From NCBI RefSeq assembly GCF_002105155.1, contig NW_019029012.1, positions 1-64,000 on the forward strand: DNA of 64,000 bases. Direction: 5' to 3'. The position numbers and the translations under genes were made by a program. Each line of letters begins with the position of its first letter. Position 1 is the first letter of the stretch. Positions 24,840-36,232 of this stretch are shown here, one piece after another. The notes beneath the pieces are model-generated. The model did not search any database and was not told the DNA's origin. It was given only the letters and a program-made list of their open reading frames with translations. This DNA comes from Lobosporangium transversale. Taxonomy: Eukaryota.

Positions 24840-25627
24840 TTCGTTGGCATCAGAGAGGATTTCTCCTTGTTGATGAGGAATCCAAGAGACTTGAGTTTGT
24901 CCAGGACAAGATTCGTGTGCTCATCTGCTTGGGCTTTGGAGTTGGCCATGATCAACAGATCGTCGATGTAAGCTGTCAGCCGTATTCCTCGACGCCTCGC
25001 CCATCTCAACACCGGGCGTAGGACCTTCGTGAAGACTAACGGCGACAGTGACATCCCGAAAGGTAGAGTGCGAAACTGATACAGCTGACCCTTCCACTGA
25101 AACTGAAGGTAAGGACGAAAATGTGGATGAATCAGCACATGAAGGAAAGCATCTTTGAGATCGATGCTCGTCAAATAATCGTTCTTCTGAAGGGTATTGC
25201 ATACTACCTGAATCGTCTCCATCTTGAACGAGTCTGTGATGATAAATTGATTGAGAGGACGTAGGTTGAGGACAGGCCGGAGGTCCCCTGTCTTCTTGGG
25301 GATAGTAAACAAACGACTCTGGAAACCAGGTCCCGAAGCGTGCTCTATGGCTTTTTTGGCCAGAAGTGCGATCACTTCGTTCTCTATCGCCAGTGTCTCC
25401 TCCTTGGATAGATGCGGGGAAAGGGCTCTTGATGTGTGTGTTATTGGAGGTTGTCTGTGGAAGGGAATCTGAAAACCGTTTCCAATCACGGAGCGGACCC
25501 ACCTGTCGTCCGTGAGGAGCCTCCAAGCCCTCGAGTAGAGGTGCAGACGGCCCCCTACTGGCTCTTGTTGGCGCTGCCGCGTCCCCGTCCACGGCTGCCT
25601 CTGTAAAAATACTGTCCCTGCTGGTTG
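23684..25627 (-). CDS. DIRS ORF2 (pol): reverse transcriptase, RNase H and N6-adenine methyltransferase-like domain; frame opens at 25627 without an AUG
   Basis: PVGGRL...W, RPVLNLRPLN, IDLKDAFLHV, LPFGMSLSP and YIDD (RT); TDAS..GWG, HINLKEL, DNTT and NPADAPSR (RNase H); IDLFAS and YICPPW (MT). Confidence 0.93.
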   Translation of the reverse strand, partial: QPAGTVFLQRQPWTGTRQRQQEPVGGRLHLYSRAWRLLTDDRWVRSVIGNGFQIPFHRQPPITHTSRALSPHLSKEETLAIENEVIALLAKKAIEHASGPGFQSRLFTIPKKTGDLRPVLNLRPLNQFIITDSFKMETIQVVCNTLQKNDYLTSIDLKDAFLHVLIHPHFRPYLQFQWKGQLYQFRTLPFGMSLSPLVFTKVLRPVLRWARRRGIRLTAYIDDLLIMANSKAQADEHTNLVLDKLKSLGFLINKEKSSLMPTKCLDHLGFTINTTDMTLSVPKSKVRDIRREAAKMLSKGWTTVRNLATFIGKAMATTAAVFPARLMTRHLLALKNRALSHQGSSWEATISLDDRARADLDWWTHQLKEWNGTSWIQSPTQMDVYTDASDQGWGIVIGQRTWTGLWPPNIRHQHINLKELLTVYYAVTLPQTQGRMLNLVIDNTTTIAYINRFGGTRSQPLMDLADKIWKHCLATGTRLRTTYVPSVFNPADAPSRRMQAQLEWRLDPSFFRRLDQQWGPHRIDLFASPSNNQLPQFMTWKPHPLAVDFDALRHKWSHLGNLYICPPWNLLPRILQKLDQEGLEATIITPFWPSAIWFPKIQAMATQPPLPIPRTCVLPPPGSDAHILLKNPHWGLTAWRVRGRGCS

Positions 25628-26484
25628 TTATGCATGGGCTCTCCATACCCGTAAGTGAGCTGAGGAGGTGTGGCTTGTTGTGCTTGATGATGATTTGCTG
25701 GTGAATAAGGTTGCGATTGTGATGGAAATTGCTGGAACTGTTGCTGCTGGTGGGGGTACATGTTAAAGTAAATACCCCTGCTGCGAGAACCGGAATTGCG
25801 ACCGGATCCTCTGTTTTGCAAAGCTGTCTTGCGAGGCTTGCTGGCCTCCTGGTACTCCTCAGCAGCTTTAATTCGGGCTGCAATATCATCTTTAGTGATA
25901 GTTGCAGTCTTTTCATGATCAGGGGCTGGCTTGAGACCCTTTGCGTACACAAAATTATCCATGCGCAGATCGGTGATTTGGCGTGCTGTAACGGCCAGAT
26001 GAGATCGCATGACATGCCCAAAATCTGCGACGATCTGCCGTAATGCAGGATCGTGCACTTTGTGAAAGTATTCTGCCAGGAATTCGTCCAAGGGTCGCGT
26101 AGCGTGGGCCTGACGTTCCTGTAGTTGGGATAACCACTTGTCCACTCGTTGAAAAGAAGTGGTCTCCTGAGGCCAAGGCAACTCAAGAGAGGGCGCTTTG
26201 TACTGCTGATCTGGGTTCTTGGGATAGAGGACGTACTCGGTGAGGATGTTATCGTCGCCAGAGTTGTCCGGGGGACGGAAGAAATGAGAGCCGTCAAGGG
26301 AAGGTACAGCCGCTTTGAGGGTATCAGAGAGGACAAGTATCTTGGCCTGTGGGCGATCAATGGTGATGGGGGAAGGGGAAGAGGAGGAAGGGTTGGCCTG
26401 CGTAAGGGCAGCCACCTGCTGACGAAGAGTGTTGATTTCATGAAGGAGTGCATTATGAGTGTTGTCGGTAGAATTGTCGCTCAT
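25555..26484 (-). CDS. DIRS ORF1 (gag-like)
   Basis: First ORF after the 5' ITR (MSDNSTDN...), with an N-terminal coiled coil and a Q-rich/RG-rich basic C-terminus. Assigned by position. Confidence 0.8.
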   Translation of the reverse strand: MSDNSTDNTHNALLHEINTLRQQVAALTQANPSSSSPSPITIDRPQAKILVLSDTLKAAVPSLDGSHFFRPPDNSGDDNILTEYVLYPKNPDQQYKAPSLELPWPQETTSFQRVDKWLSQLQERQAHATRPLDEFLAEYFHKVHDPALRQIVADFGHVMRSHLAVTARQITDLRMDNFVYAKGLKPAPDHEKTATITKDDIAARIKAAEEYQEASKPRKTALQNRGSGRNSGSRSRGIYFNMYPHQQQQFQQFPSQSQPYSPANHHQAQQATPPQLTYGYGEPMHNNQQGQYFYRGSRGRGRGSANKSQ

Positions 26485-27039
26485 TGGAACGAATAGATAA
26501 TAGTCTGCAACGGATGAGTTCCAGGAGCGACGAGAAGAAAGATGTAGATCAGAGTTGCAGGGCAGAGGGATCTTTTTATTTAGTTTATTTTTCTTTATTT
26601 CTCGTCGGATTTTCAATGAAGAAAGGTGACACACACATACGGACATGGTACCGTAGACAATGTTTTGTGAAACTACTGGCAAGCTGTGCAGAAACAGTCT
26701 AAATTTCTTTAATTCCGTGGTGAGTGTGTAACGAGGCATACGTACTATATATACTTCCGATGCGGTACAGGTCACGCCTTGCATGCAGAAGGTATTTCAG
26801 GCATCCTGGTCTTTGGACAGTAGCCCTCTTTCTTTTTTTTTTTTTTTTTTTTTTTCTTCAACCACACGCTCTCTTCTTTCTCTTTCTTCATCTTAACTTG
26901 TTCATACCCCCAACAAAGCCAATCCTTGACCCAAAAAAATAAAATAAAATAAAAAATAAAAAATAAAAAAAAGTTTTTTTTTATATTACATTTTCCCCTC
27001 ATCTTTTCAAGCAACAATCATCGTTTATTGCCAGTCATC

Positions 27040-28065
27040 ATGTTGTTCAGACTCTCCACAGTTGCCGCGATCGCCTTGACTGCCTCCTCCGCAGTTGTTG
27101 CCTTCCCATCCTTCCTCTACTCTGAGCGTATGGCTCCTGTTGTCTCTTCGATTGAAGCTGAAGTTGTTCCAGATTCATACATTGTAGTCTTCAAGGATGG
27201 TGTTCGCAACCTCAACGAGCAAGCGACATGGATTCAAGACCTCCATCGCCGCGATGTAGCACTGAATGGAGCTTGGGAGAATTCATTTGATGGAAGTCTC
27301 GAAAGCGGTGTCCGACATATCTACAATATGGATTCTTTCCAAGGCATTGCAGGCCGATTCCGCCCTGAAGTCATTGAATACGTTCGTAGACACCGTGATG
27401 TAAGTTATATTTTTGTTTTTACTTTTTAATATCCTTCTCTGGGAACTGCTGTGGATAGTTTCGATGCTGAAAAGCGGGAATGATGGAAGGAGTGGTTGGT
27501 GTAGATACTTCAACTTGCATTCTTTCAAAGTCTGTTTGAACCCTGTTTGTATTCAGGTCTTCATCCTGTCATTTTCTTTTTGTATCACATTCAGTGTAAC
27601 TCGTGCAATTCTTGGGCAAATGCACACCATTTCTGGATGACAATGCAGAAATTATCATGGTGGGTTTCCCCCTCTCGCCTAGTTTAGTGGATTGCGCAAG
27701 ATTTGCCCTCTTCCTCTTCACTTTTACTATCTTTCATTCCTATTTGTATCCAATAGAGGAAGAGAGAGGGAGGAAAAGATAAAGAAGGGGGCCATAGGCA
27801 TGGGTCAATAGATAAAAGGAACCCGCGTAATGAATGTGAATGGTGCCCCCCTCCCTTTTCTTTCTTTTAGTTCATTTTAGACTTGCTGCGCCCGTGACCA
27901 AACCTTTTTTATTTATGAGAGCGTGTCATTGGGTGTAATTGTTAAATTACCATTTAGTGTTCTTGCATCACAAGGTGTCCCTTTTTATTTTTTATTTTAT
28001 TTTTTTTTATATATCTAAACGCGGGTATCATTCACATATCATGTCATAACACATGTTCCGTACTT

Positions 28066-28101
<36 letters not shown>

Positions 28102-29083
28102 CCTTTTCTTCCAGGTCGATTACATCGAGCGTGACCAAGTTGTTTATGCCACAGAAACTCAGAAGAACGCACCCTGGGGTCTAGCCCGTATCTCGCATCG
28201 CAAGAAGTTGACCTTGAAGACCTACAAAAAGTATGAACACAACCCTGAAGGTGGCGATGGAATCACAGTCTTTGTGATTGACACAGGTATTAATACGAAA
28301 CATAAGGAGTTCGAAGGCCGTGCTAGCTGGGGAGCCACTATCCCTATGGGTGATGCCGATATCGATGGTAACGGTCATGGAACCCATTGTGCTGGTACGA
28401 TTGGAAGTGCTGCATATGGCGTTGCAAAGAAGGCCAAGGTCGTCGCAGTGAAGGTCTTGCGTTCTAATGGTTCGGGTACTATGTCGGATGTTGTTGCCGG
28501 AGTTGATTTTGCTGTTCAAAAACACTCGGCACTCAAGACCGCTGGTGGTTCAAAGTATAAGGGCTCAGTCGCTAATATGTCTCTTGGTGGAGGTAAATCT
28601 CGCCCATTGGATTCTGCGGTGTCGAGTGCGGTCGCAAGGGGCCTCCACTTTGCAGTGGCCGCTGGAAACGATAACAGGGATGCTTGTAATTACTCACCTG
28701 CTGGTGTGGAGGCTGCTGTGACAGTAGGCGCTTCGACTGTGAGGGACGAAAGAGCCTATTTCTCCAACTATGGACCTTGTGTTGATATCTTTGGTCCTGG
28801 ACTTGACATTGAGTCGACCTGGATCGGAGGCACGAATACGAAGAGGACTATCTCAGGAACATCCATGGCATCCCCCCATGTAGCTGGTTTGATCGCATAC
28901 TATCTGTCATTGGCACCCAGCAATGACTCTGCATTCAACTCCGGACCTATTTCGCCAAAGGAAATGAAGGCCCTTTTGAAGAGGACTGCTACTAGAGATG
29001 TTTTGGAGGATGTCAACTCGAGAACACCCAACTTGTTGATCTATAACGGTGGTGGCAAGAAGGAGAGCTACTATGCCTGGTAA
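27040..29083 (+). CDS. Subtilisin-like (S8A, proteinase K/protease B type) serine protease with I9 propeptide; intron 27400-28114
   Basis: Signal peptide, VPDSYIVVFK propeptide, APWGLARISHR, and the catalytic triad motifs VIDTG / GHGTHCAG / SGTSMASPHVAG. Confidence 0.95.
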
Positions 29084-29305
29084 AAAAAAAAAAAAAAAAA
29101 AAAAAAAGAGCTTTTGTAGCAAGTAGGAAGAGACGTTTTTGAAGTTTAGTCCCCTCTCTTTTTATTTATTTTTTTTTTGTTTGTACATAAATATCTGTCT
29201 GTAGGACATGGGTCAGGGATCTTGAAATAAAAAATAAATTATAATTTTCTACACCTAAAAATATGTTAATGTGCATTTACATCTTTCTTTTTATTATATT
29301 TCTTT

Positions 29306-30974
29306 CTACAGCAAAAACGCACTATTATCATTGTTATTATTGCCATCATAGTCTTTTTTATCTTTTTCTTTTCCCTTCGCCGCCTTCGCCTTCCCCTTCG
29401 TCTTCGTCTTCGTCTTCTTCTTCTTCTTCTCCCTCTCCTTCTCCTTCTCCTTTTCTCTCCGTTTTCTGTTTCCGCAAGAGTAAGGAGGGTAGACTTGACT
29501 TTCCGCCATATTTCTCTCGGCAAGTGCATTATACTGGCGCCTTGTACTTTCTGGTTCCCCATTCCAGAGCCTGGCCAACTCGCTCACCAATTCGGCACCA
29601 GACATCTTGACTGGCGAGTTCTTCTTAACCTCTTTGGAATGATCCTCTTTATAGAGAAAAAAAGCATTTTTTGGCCTTTTGCCCTGCATGACACCGTCAC
29701 TGCTGTTGTTATATTGCTTAATGTACAGCTCCCTTAGCGGTGCCGATAAGGGGGGTGAAGGTGTGCGGGATGATGATGAAGAAGAAGAATAAGAAGAAGA
29801 AGAAGAAGAGGAAGGGGGTTTATCTAGGAGATCTGTAGTTGCTCTTTCGCTTTGATGAATTGCGATATGCTGCGCGGACGCGGATCCACCTGGCGGTCCA
29901 GAAGCGCAGTTTGAGGGGGTCCTTGATTCAAACTCTACGGCTGTGACCAAGGGTGGCCTCAAAGGTGCCATCAAAGGAAACCTGAGCAATGACGGAGATA
30001 TCCCAGTATTGACTCCTGCCCTCGGCTGCGAACTTTCGCAAGGTCGAGTTTCAGAGTGGTTGAGTGCTAGCCAGCGAACTTGAGAGAGAAAAGTTATTAG
30101 ACAGGCATAATGGTGTCAATAAAAAATAAACTAAATGCTTTTGATTGGATTGGTTAGTGGAGAGATTTATTTTACCTTGTTGATTCGCATGCTCAGCTCT
30201 CGGGTGGTCCCTCATGAATTCATTGTTCGGTAATGGATCATGGGGGGGACCGTGGCTGATTTCTTGGATTCTGGAGGCCTCAGACATCGATGCTGGATTC
30301 CAAAAGGGCTGTTGCTGCCCGTATGGTGTCTGATGTGAGGGTGGCGGTGGCGATGGCGGGACGATGACTTGTTCCAACTCCGCTTGCATTGAAAAGCCCA
30401 CTGGCGCAACTTCTGGAGATGTAACCAACAGCTGCGATGGCCAAGGGCCGGTCTGTTGGTGTGCCCAGACTACCTGTTGAGGCGCTGGTGCTGATGCTGA
30501 TGCTGGTGCTGATGCTGGTGCTGCCATAGGAGGCAACGTCGACACCGGGAGGAGGTAATTCTGATAACTTGGTTCGTAATGATGACACTAAGTTTGTCAA
30601 AAATAGAGGTTAATAAGACGTGAACAGAGCGAGTCATTACGAGTTACCATGATCAAAAAGCAAAATATGAATATATTTACAATCTGTTGGGAACTGAGGA
30701 AAGGATCAGAAGGTAGTATATACCCCCCAAGAAACACCGGGGTGCCATCGTCGAGGAAGTAATGAGTGACGGCCAAGCCCGGAAAACTGGCCGAGCCATC
30801 CTGTGGCAGCATCGCCATCCCCTCTGAAAGAGGAACGGCGTTGCTGTTTTCGCCAAAATTATTATAGTTGCTGTTGCTGTTGTTGCTGTTGTTGTTGCTG
30901 TTGCTGTTGTTGTCGTTGTTGTTGTCGTCGCTACTGTTGTCGCCGTTGTTATTGTGGGGGATGTAGTTGAACAT
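29306..30974 (-). CDS. HMG-box (MATA/SOX-type) transcription factor, about 3 exons
   Basis: KRPKNAFFLYKEDH...SGAELVSELARLWNGEPESTRRQYNALAE...YPPY followed by a basic tail. Upstream N-rich and P-rich exons have GT-AG boundaries; the exact junctions are less certain. Confidence 0.8.
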
Positions 30975-31949
30975 TTTCTATGCGAAAAAATAAAATAGAC
31001 ATGCAGGAAAAAAAGAAAGACATGGACTGAGAAACTGGGGACATTAAAAAAAAAAAAGAACTGTAGGATGGTTTTTGATGGTTTTTATATCTTTACCCCC
31101 CCCCTTTTCCTTCTCTCATATTTGGTTAGACAAGAAAGGTGATCCATGCGTAACCAAAGGCATTGAAAAAACGAATAAACAAACAATGTTTTGCATGTAT
31201 TCCTCCAATTATTTGTGTGTGCGTGTGAGTGTGCGAGTGGATACCCAAGTGTTCTTCCTTTCCTTTCCTTTCCTTTTTTTTTTTTTTTTTTTTTTTTTTT
31301 TCCTTTGACGCGGATGGAGAAGAAGAGCAAAAAAAAAAAAAAAAAAAAAAAAAAGCAGGAGAGGGTGTTGAATTGTGATGATACCAGTACGCAACCCCCT
31401 GGGAAGGAAAGGCCATAAAAGACATAAGGACGGAGATAAATATTTTAAAGTTTTGGGCATCATCTGCGCAAATGCAAACGAAACGAACGCGAACCGTACG
31501 AATGGAACAAAGCACAATGGATAGAAGGGGTATAAAAAATTCCCCCCCCAAAAAAAAAAAAAAAAACCCGGGGGTCAAATTTGAGTAGAGAGCCACAACA
31601 GAGTTTGTTTTTTTGTCTGCAAAGAGAAAAAACGAGAGTGGAGTCAAACTTTATAACCACCAATTAAGGTATAGGGTATGAACCTTTTTTTTACCAAAAA
31701 TGAAAAAAATAAAAAAAAAGATCGAATGCCTGTGAGGCCACGAGCAATTGTGGATTCATAATTACAATAATAGTAATGATGAGGTTAAAATAGAAAGATT
31801 ACAATCGTACAATTGTTTATGACGGCGGTGGTAACAGAAGTGCCAAAATTTTGGAGTCGGGTTTGAGGTCATTACGCATTTTTTTTAATCTTTGACCAAA
31901 ACGTGTTTTTCCACTTCAATCGTGTTTTCCCATCTCAAATCGTTAGGTA

Positions 31950-31981
<32 letters not shown>

Positions 31982-32538
31982 CGGACATTGTAATACACGG
32001 CTAGGGAAAACACAGCTCAAAAGTAATGTTACATTGTTCTTACTTTTAATAGGGAAAGAAGAGGATTGATGTAGAGAAAGATAAATTTATTGATAATGGT
32101 GGTGGTTTTTTTTACAAAAAAAAAAAAAAAAAGAAAGAAATGGATGAGCTTATATAGGGAAAAAAGCGAAGGTAAAGGACGTCGAAGGAAATACACGCGT
32201 GGCCATATCATGTCGCGCTACATTGTATCGTGCAACATTGAACCTGATGGACGCTATTCTGTCCCTTTTGTTGGCGTTGTGCAGATGTGCGTGTCCTTCC
32301 TACCAACTAAATTATGCCTTCCTCAATAACAACAAGAGCAACAACAGCAATAACAACAGCGGCAAAATAGCACCTTCCTCCTTAAAAAAAGTATTCATTA
32401 TTTGTGCCTATTTTTTGAGTATAAGATTGACGAGAAAGAGAGGGTACGTTTGACCAGCCTCTTTGATTTTGCATTGTAACTTGCATCTATTTTGCTTGTA
32501 AAATCTAGAACATCCATCTCTTGCAATGCAGATGTTTT

Positions 32539-32573
<35 letters not shown>

Positions 32574-33491
32574 TATGCATTGCATTACAGGGCTTGTAAT
32601 CCTTTTTTTCCTTTTATATTATTCAAGTTTAATGAACAAAAGAGAGGCGATTGAAGTATAGAATAGATTTTTTACATTGTATAAAGTCATGAGCTATCAG
32701 CTTTATTCATCGCACGGGTGTTTCAGCAGGGTACCCTCGCCATTATGTCGAGCGAGATAGTCAGAGAAATGAATGGACAAACAATTATAAACAACAGCAT
32801 CTCTTACATGAAAAAAAGAAGGAGCAGCAGGATGTGGTTGTGGTAACCAATGGCGAAGACGCGCATAGCCAAAATTGAAGTGTAGGAAGACATGACAATC
32901 CCTGGACATCGCCTTTTGATCTGCCTTTTTTTCCCGTTTCGGACGAGTTCTATTCTTGTTACAACAAAGCGTGTCATTGCATAAGGTCGAAAAAAAGATG
33001 CAGCATGTCTTTTAAATGAACAGAGTATTAAACATGGAGAGAAAATAAAATAAAATGAACTACACTAGGTTGCCAATTAAGCAATGGGCAATGAGCACTT
33101 GAGTATTTTTATCATCCAAAGCCATTCCTGTGCTAAAGTATACACCAGCATTCAAACCACTTCTCATTGGTGTCTCTTTTTTTTTTTTTTTTTTTTTTTT
33201 CTTTTCTTTTTTTCCCTTGTTATTGTGGTGGCCATAGCAAGATAAAGTAGGCGTCTTCTGCTCGACAATCTCCGTAGAATGCAAAGAACAAAATAAATAA
33301 AAGAAAAAACGCTCCATGCACACACTTCCTATTGCAAGGTACAGACTACACGTCTTTTTTCTTTCAGAGGTGTGGTCAAAGGTTCAACCGCGCGCATGAA
33401 GCAAGGCAATAACAAAGGACCATGCTCTGCAAGGTCGATGTCGTGCAGCGTCGTTGTAGAGCCGAGGACCTTTTCTCTCTTTTCTCTCTTT

Positions 33492-33523
<32 letters not shown>

Positions 33524-34182
33524 CCTTTCAATGGTTTGATCTGGGGAAGGGAGTCTTGGCATTTGATAGTGATACGGGGCTGCTTTCTACTGAGTGTACT
33601 TTACCGAGAAATAAAAAGATCAGTAAAGGAAAAAAAGAGAAAGCTTTGACCTCTCCTTACATATTTTTTTCAAAACAAAATTCGGGTGTCGAAATCTTCA
33701 TGCTGACTACTCTTGCAAACAGGAAAAGGAAAAGCTACCTGTATTTTTCATACCATGCAATCTTCCTTTTATTTTTTATTTACCATTCTAATGCACACTT
33801 AAGCATGAGCGTATGCAACATACAACACACATACACAGTCAATTTGATTGATTTTGTCAATAAACAGCATCTTTGAATAAGAAAGTAATAAAAATAAAAA
33901 TAAAAAAGGAAAAAAAAAAAAAAAAAAAGTGCCAAGAACATGAGCAGCAACAATACCTTTACTGATGGAGGCGTAGGAAGGACGCGCTTCTAGACTATTT
34001 TTATTTTTATTTCTTTGCTTTGCTTTCATCTCGATTCAATATCAATTAAGCATAGACTGTCATCCTTCCTAGACTATTTCCTAGAAAGAGGGAGAAAAAA
34101 AAACTATACACGCGTATTAAGATATACAAAATTGCCTATTCCGTTTCATGTCCGTCGGGAAAAAGAATGCACTAACCACACA

Positions 34183-34220
<38 letters not shown>

Positions 34221-34450
34221 CCTATCCTTGCCGTAGTTTTTTTCTTTTTTTTTTTTTTTGAACGCGTTCTGGATATGCATTTTTTTTTTTTTTTTTTTTT
34301 TTTTTTGATTTCCTAAATCTAGCCAACCAAAATGATGTTCTAATTTTATGGTCAGTTGACACCCCTTAAATTGGCCAATTTCTAATGTGAGAACTGTGAC
34401 ACTGCAATTTGCAGTGGTTCTTTCTTTCCCTCAATCCAAATCAAATTCAA

Positions 34451-35266
34451 ATGGTACTTTTGAGCTTTAGAAAAAGGGAAAAAAAAGAAAAGAAAAGGGA
34501 TATCCATCGATCCATCCATCAACGTATCTCTGCAACAAAACTGCTATCAATCAACTATTACGAAGCTCCAGGAAGAAAAAAAAAAAAAAAACTTTCATGG
34601 GATCGATTAATCACTTAATGCATGGGGAACCTCTGATTCAACATTTGCAGAATGGCCAAAAAAGCAAGAATTAGAAGAATGCAAGATCACACTAAACAGA
34701 GAACAGAGATCCATTATATTGCATTATCTGATGATCACTTTGACACAATCGGCAGCTTACGGCAATTTTTTATTAGTTACGCATACGCAAAAAAAAAAAA
34801 AACCGCAACAACCCCCTTGGACAGCAATGGTTTTTTTTCGGTATCACAGTATCAGAATATCATAAAGAGGAATAGAGCGTTTGAACTGATCTTCCCAAAC
34901 ATTTCATATTGCTTATCTCTATATAACATATATATGTGTTGTTAGGCTGCTGTTAAGGCTCACGAGTTGCGCACCAAGAACAAGGCTGAGCTCACCAAGC
35001 AGCTTGAGGAACTCAAGCAGGAGCTCGCTGCCCTCAAGGTTCAGAAGGTTGCCGGCGGTTCTTCCAGCAAATTGACCAGGATGTAAGGATACTATATACT
35101 GGACAAACGCAAAAAAAAGTCATTATTTATTTATTATTATTCGTGAGTCAAACCTTTCAAGAAGCAAGGAATATCCCAGAACATTTTTTTTTTCTGTCAG
35201 CAACAACCTCTGAAAAAAAAAAGGAGTTAGTTGCTACGATGTTATCAGGGAAAGACAAACATTTTG

Positions 35267-35299
<33 letters not shown>

Positions 35300-35842
35300 C
35301 GTGTCTTACGAGTTCGTTTATCAGTCGAGGAAAAAAAGAAAAAGAACAGTGTAGCGTTTACTGCTCGCTTAAAAACGAAGGAATGGACCATATATATATT
35401 TTTTATGTCGAGGATTGAGCAAGATGAGGCGTCATTCATATCACTTTGGGCAAATTTCAATCAACAACAACAATAACAAAGAAATAGTTACAGGGTTGTT
35501 GAAGGAGATTTCATATGTTTTCAGTCACTACATATCTCATCATGCTTTTTTTTTTTGTGTGTATGAATACGAACAACTAATGGTGGAAACCTCTGGTATC
35601 TTTTTATTAGCTCTGCTGTCCGCAAGTCGATTGCCCGTGTCTTGACTGTTATCACTCAGACCCAACGCGCTCAACTTCGTATCTTCTACCAAAAGAAGAA
35701 CTTCTTGCCTTTGGATCTCCGTGTCAAGAAGACTCGCGCTATCCGTCGCCGTCTTACCAAGCACGAGGCTTCCCGCAAGACTGTTAAGCAGCAGAAGAAG
35801 GATACTCACTTCCCTCTTCGCAAGTATGCCGTCAAGGCATAA
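34451..35842 (+). CDS. RPL35: 60S ribosomal protein L35 (uL29); exons 34451-34453, 34946-35082, 35611-35842
   Basis: [39 protein letters not shown]...[15 protein letters not shown]...[18 protein letters not shown]...[10 protein letters not shown]. Confidence 0.97.
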
Positions 35843-36232
35843 ATAAAGAAGAAGAAAGAAGAAGAAAGAAGAAAAATGAAAGATGAAAGATTTGATCGTA
35901 ACCATTTTTCTAACCCTTATCTTAAATAAAAAAAAGAAAAAAGATAAAAAAAAAAAAAAAAAAAAAAGATTAACTTGATCGATCAGAGCGGGAAACGTTT
36001 GTATCCATCATTCAAAAGGACTGCAATGGAAAAAACATTGCATGTATGCAATTTTGAACATTGGAAAAAGAGGAGTATCATCACTGAAATACACTAATCA
36101 CAATGAGGACCATATGTAATGCGGCTCAGCAACGGAAGGATCTACAGTATATATTTATATATACAGCCCTCTGTTCAAGTTTGGAGCAGAAGCAAATGGG
36201 AACGATCTAAACAAAAAAGCTTATCAAGAACT

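Larger units (their letters stand above)
22350..26661 (-). mobile_element. Full-length DIRS1-type tyrosine-recombinase retrotransposon
   Basis: Inverted terminal repeats (about 22390-22519 vs 26531-26661), a 40-nt 3' extension (22350-22389) and an internal complementary region (22546-22637). Both ends share AAT and there is no TSD beyond that trinucleotide. Overlapping gag, RT/RH/MT and YR ORFs. Confidence 0.96.

Noticed and set aside
31000..34400. Numerous short poly-Lys/poly-Phe ORFs
   Set aside because: Artefacts of A/T homopolymer tracts in intergenic DNA.
34454..35610. Possible intronic snoRNAs in the RPL35 introns (TGATGA near 34728)
   Set aside because: No convincing paired C/D boxes with a terminal stem or recognisable guide could be supported by eye.
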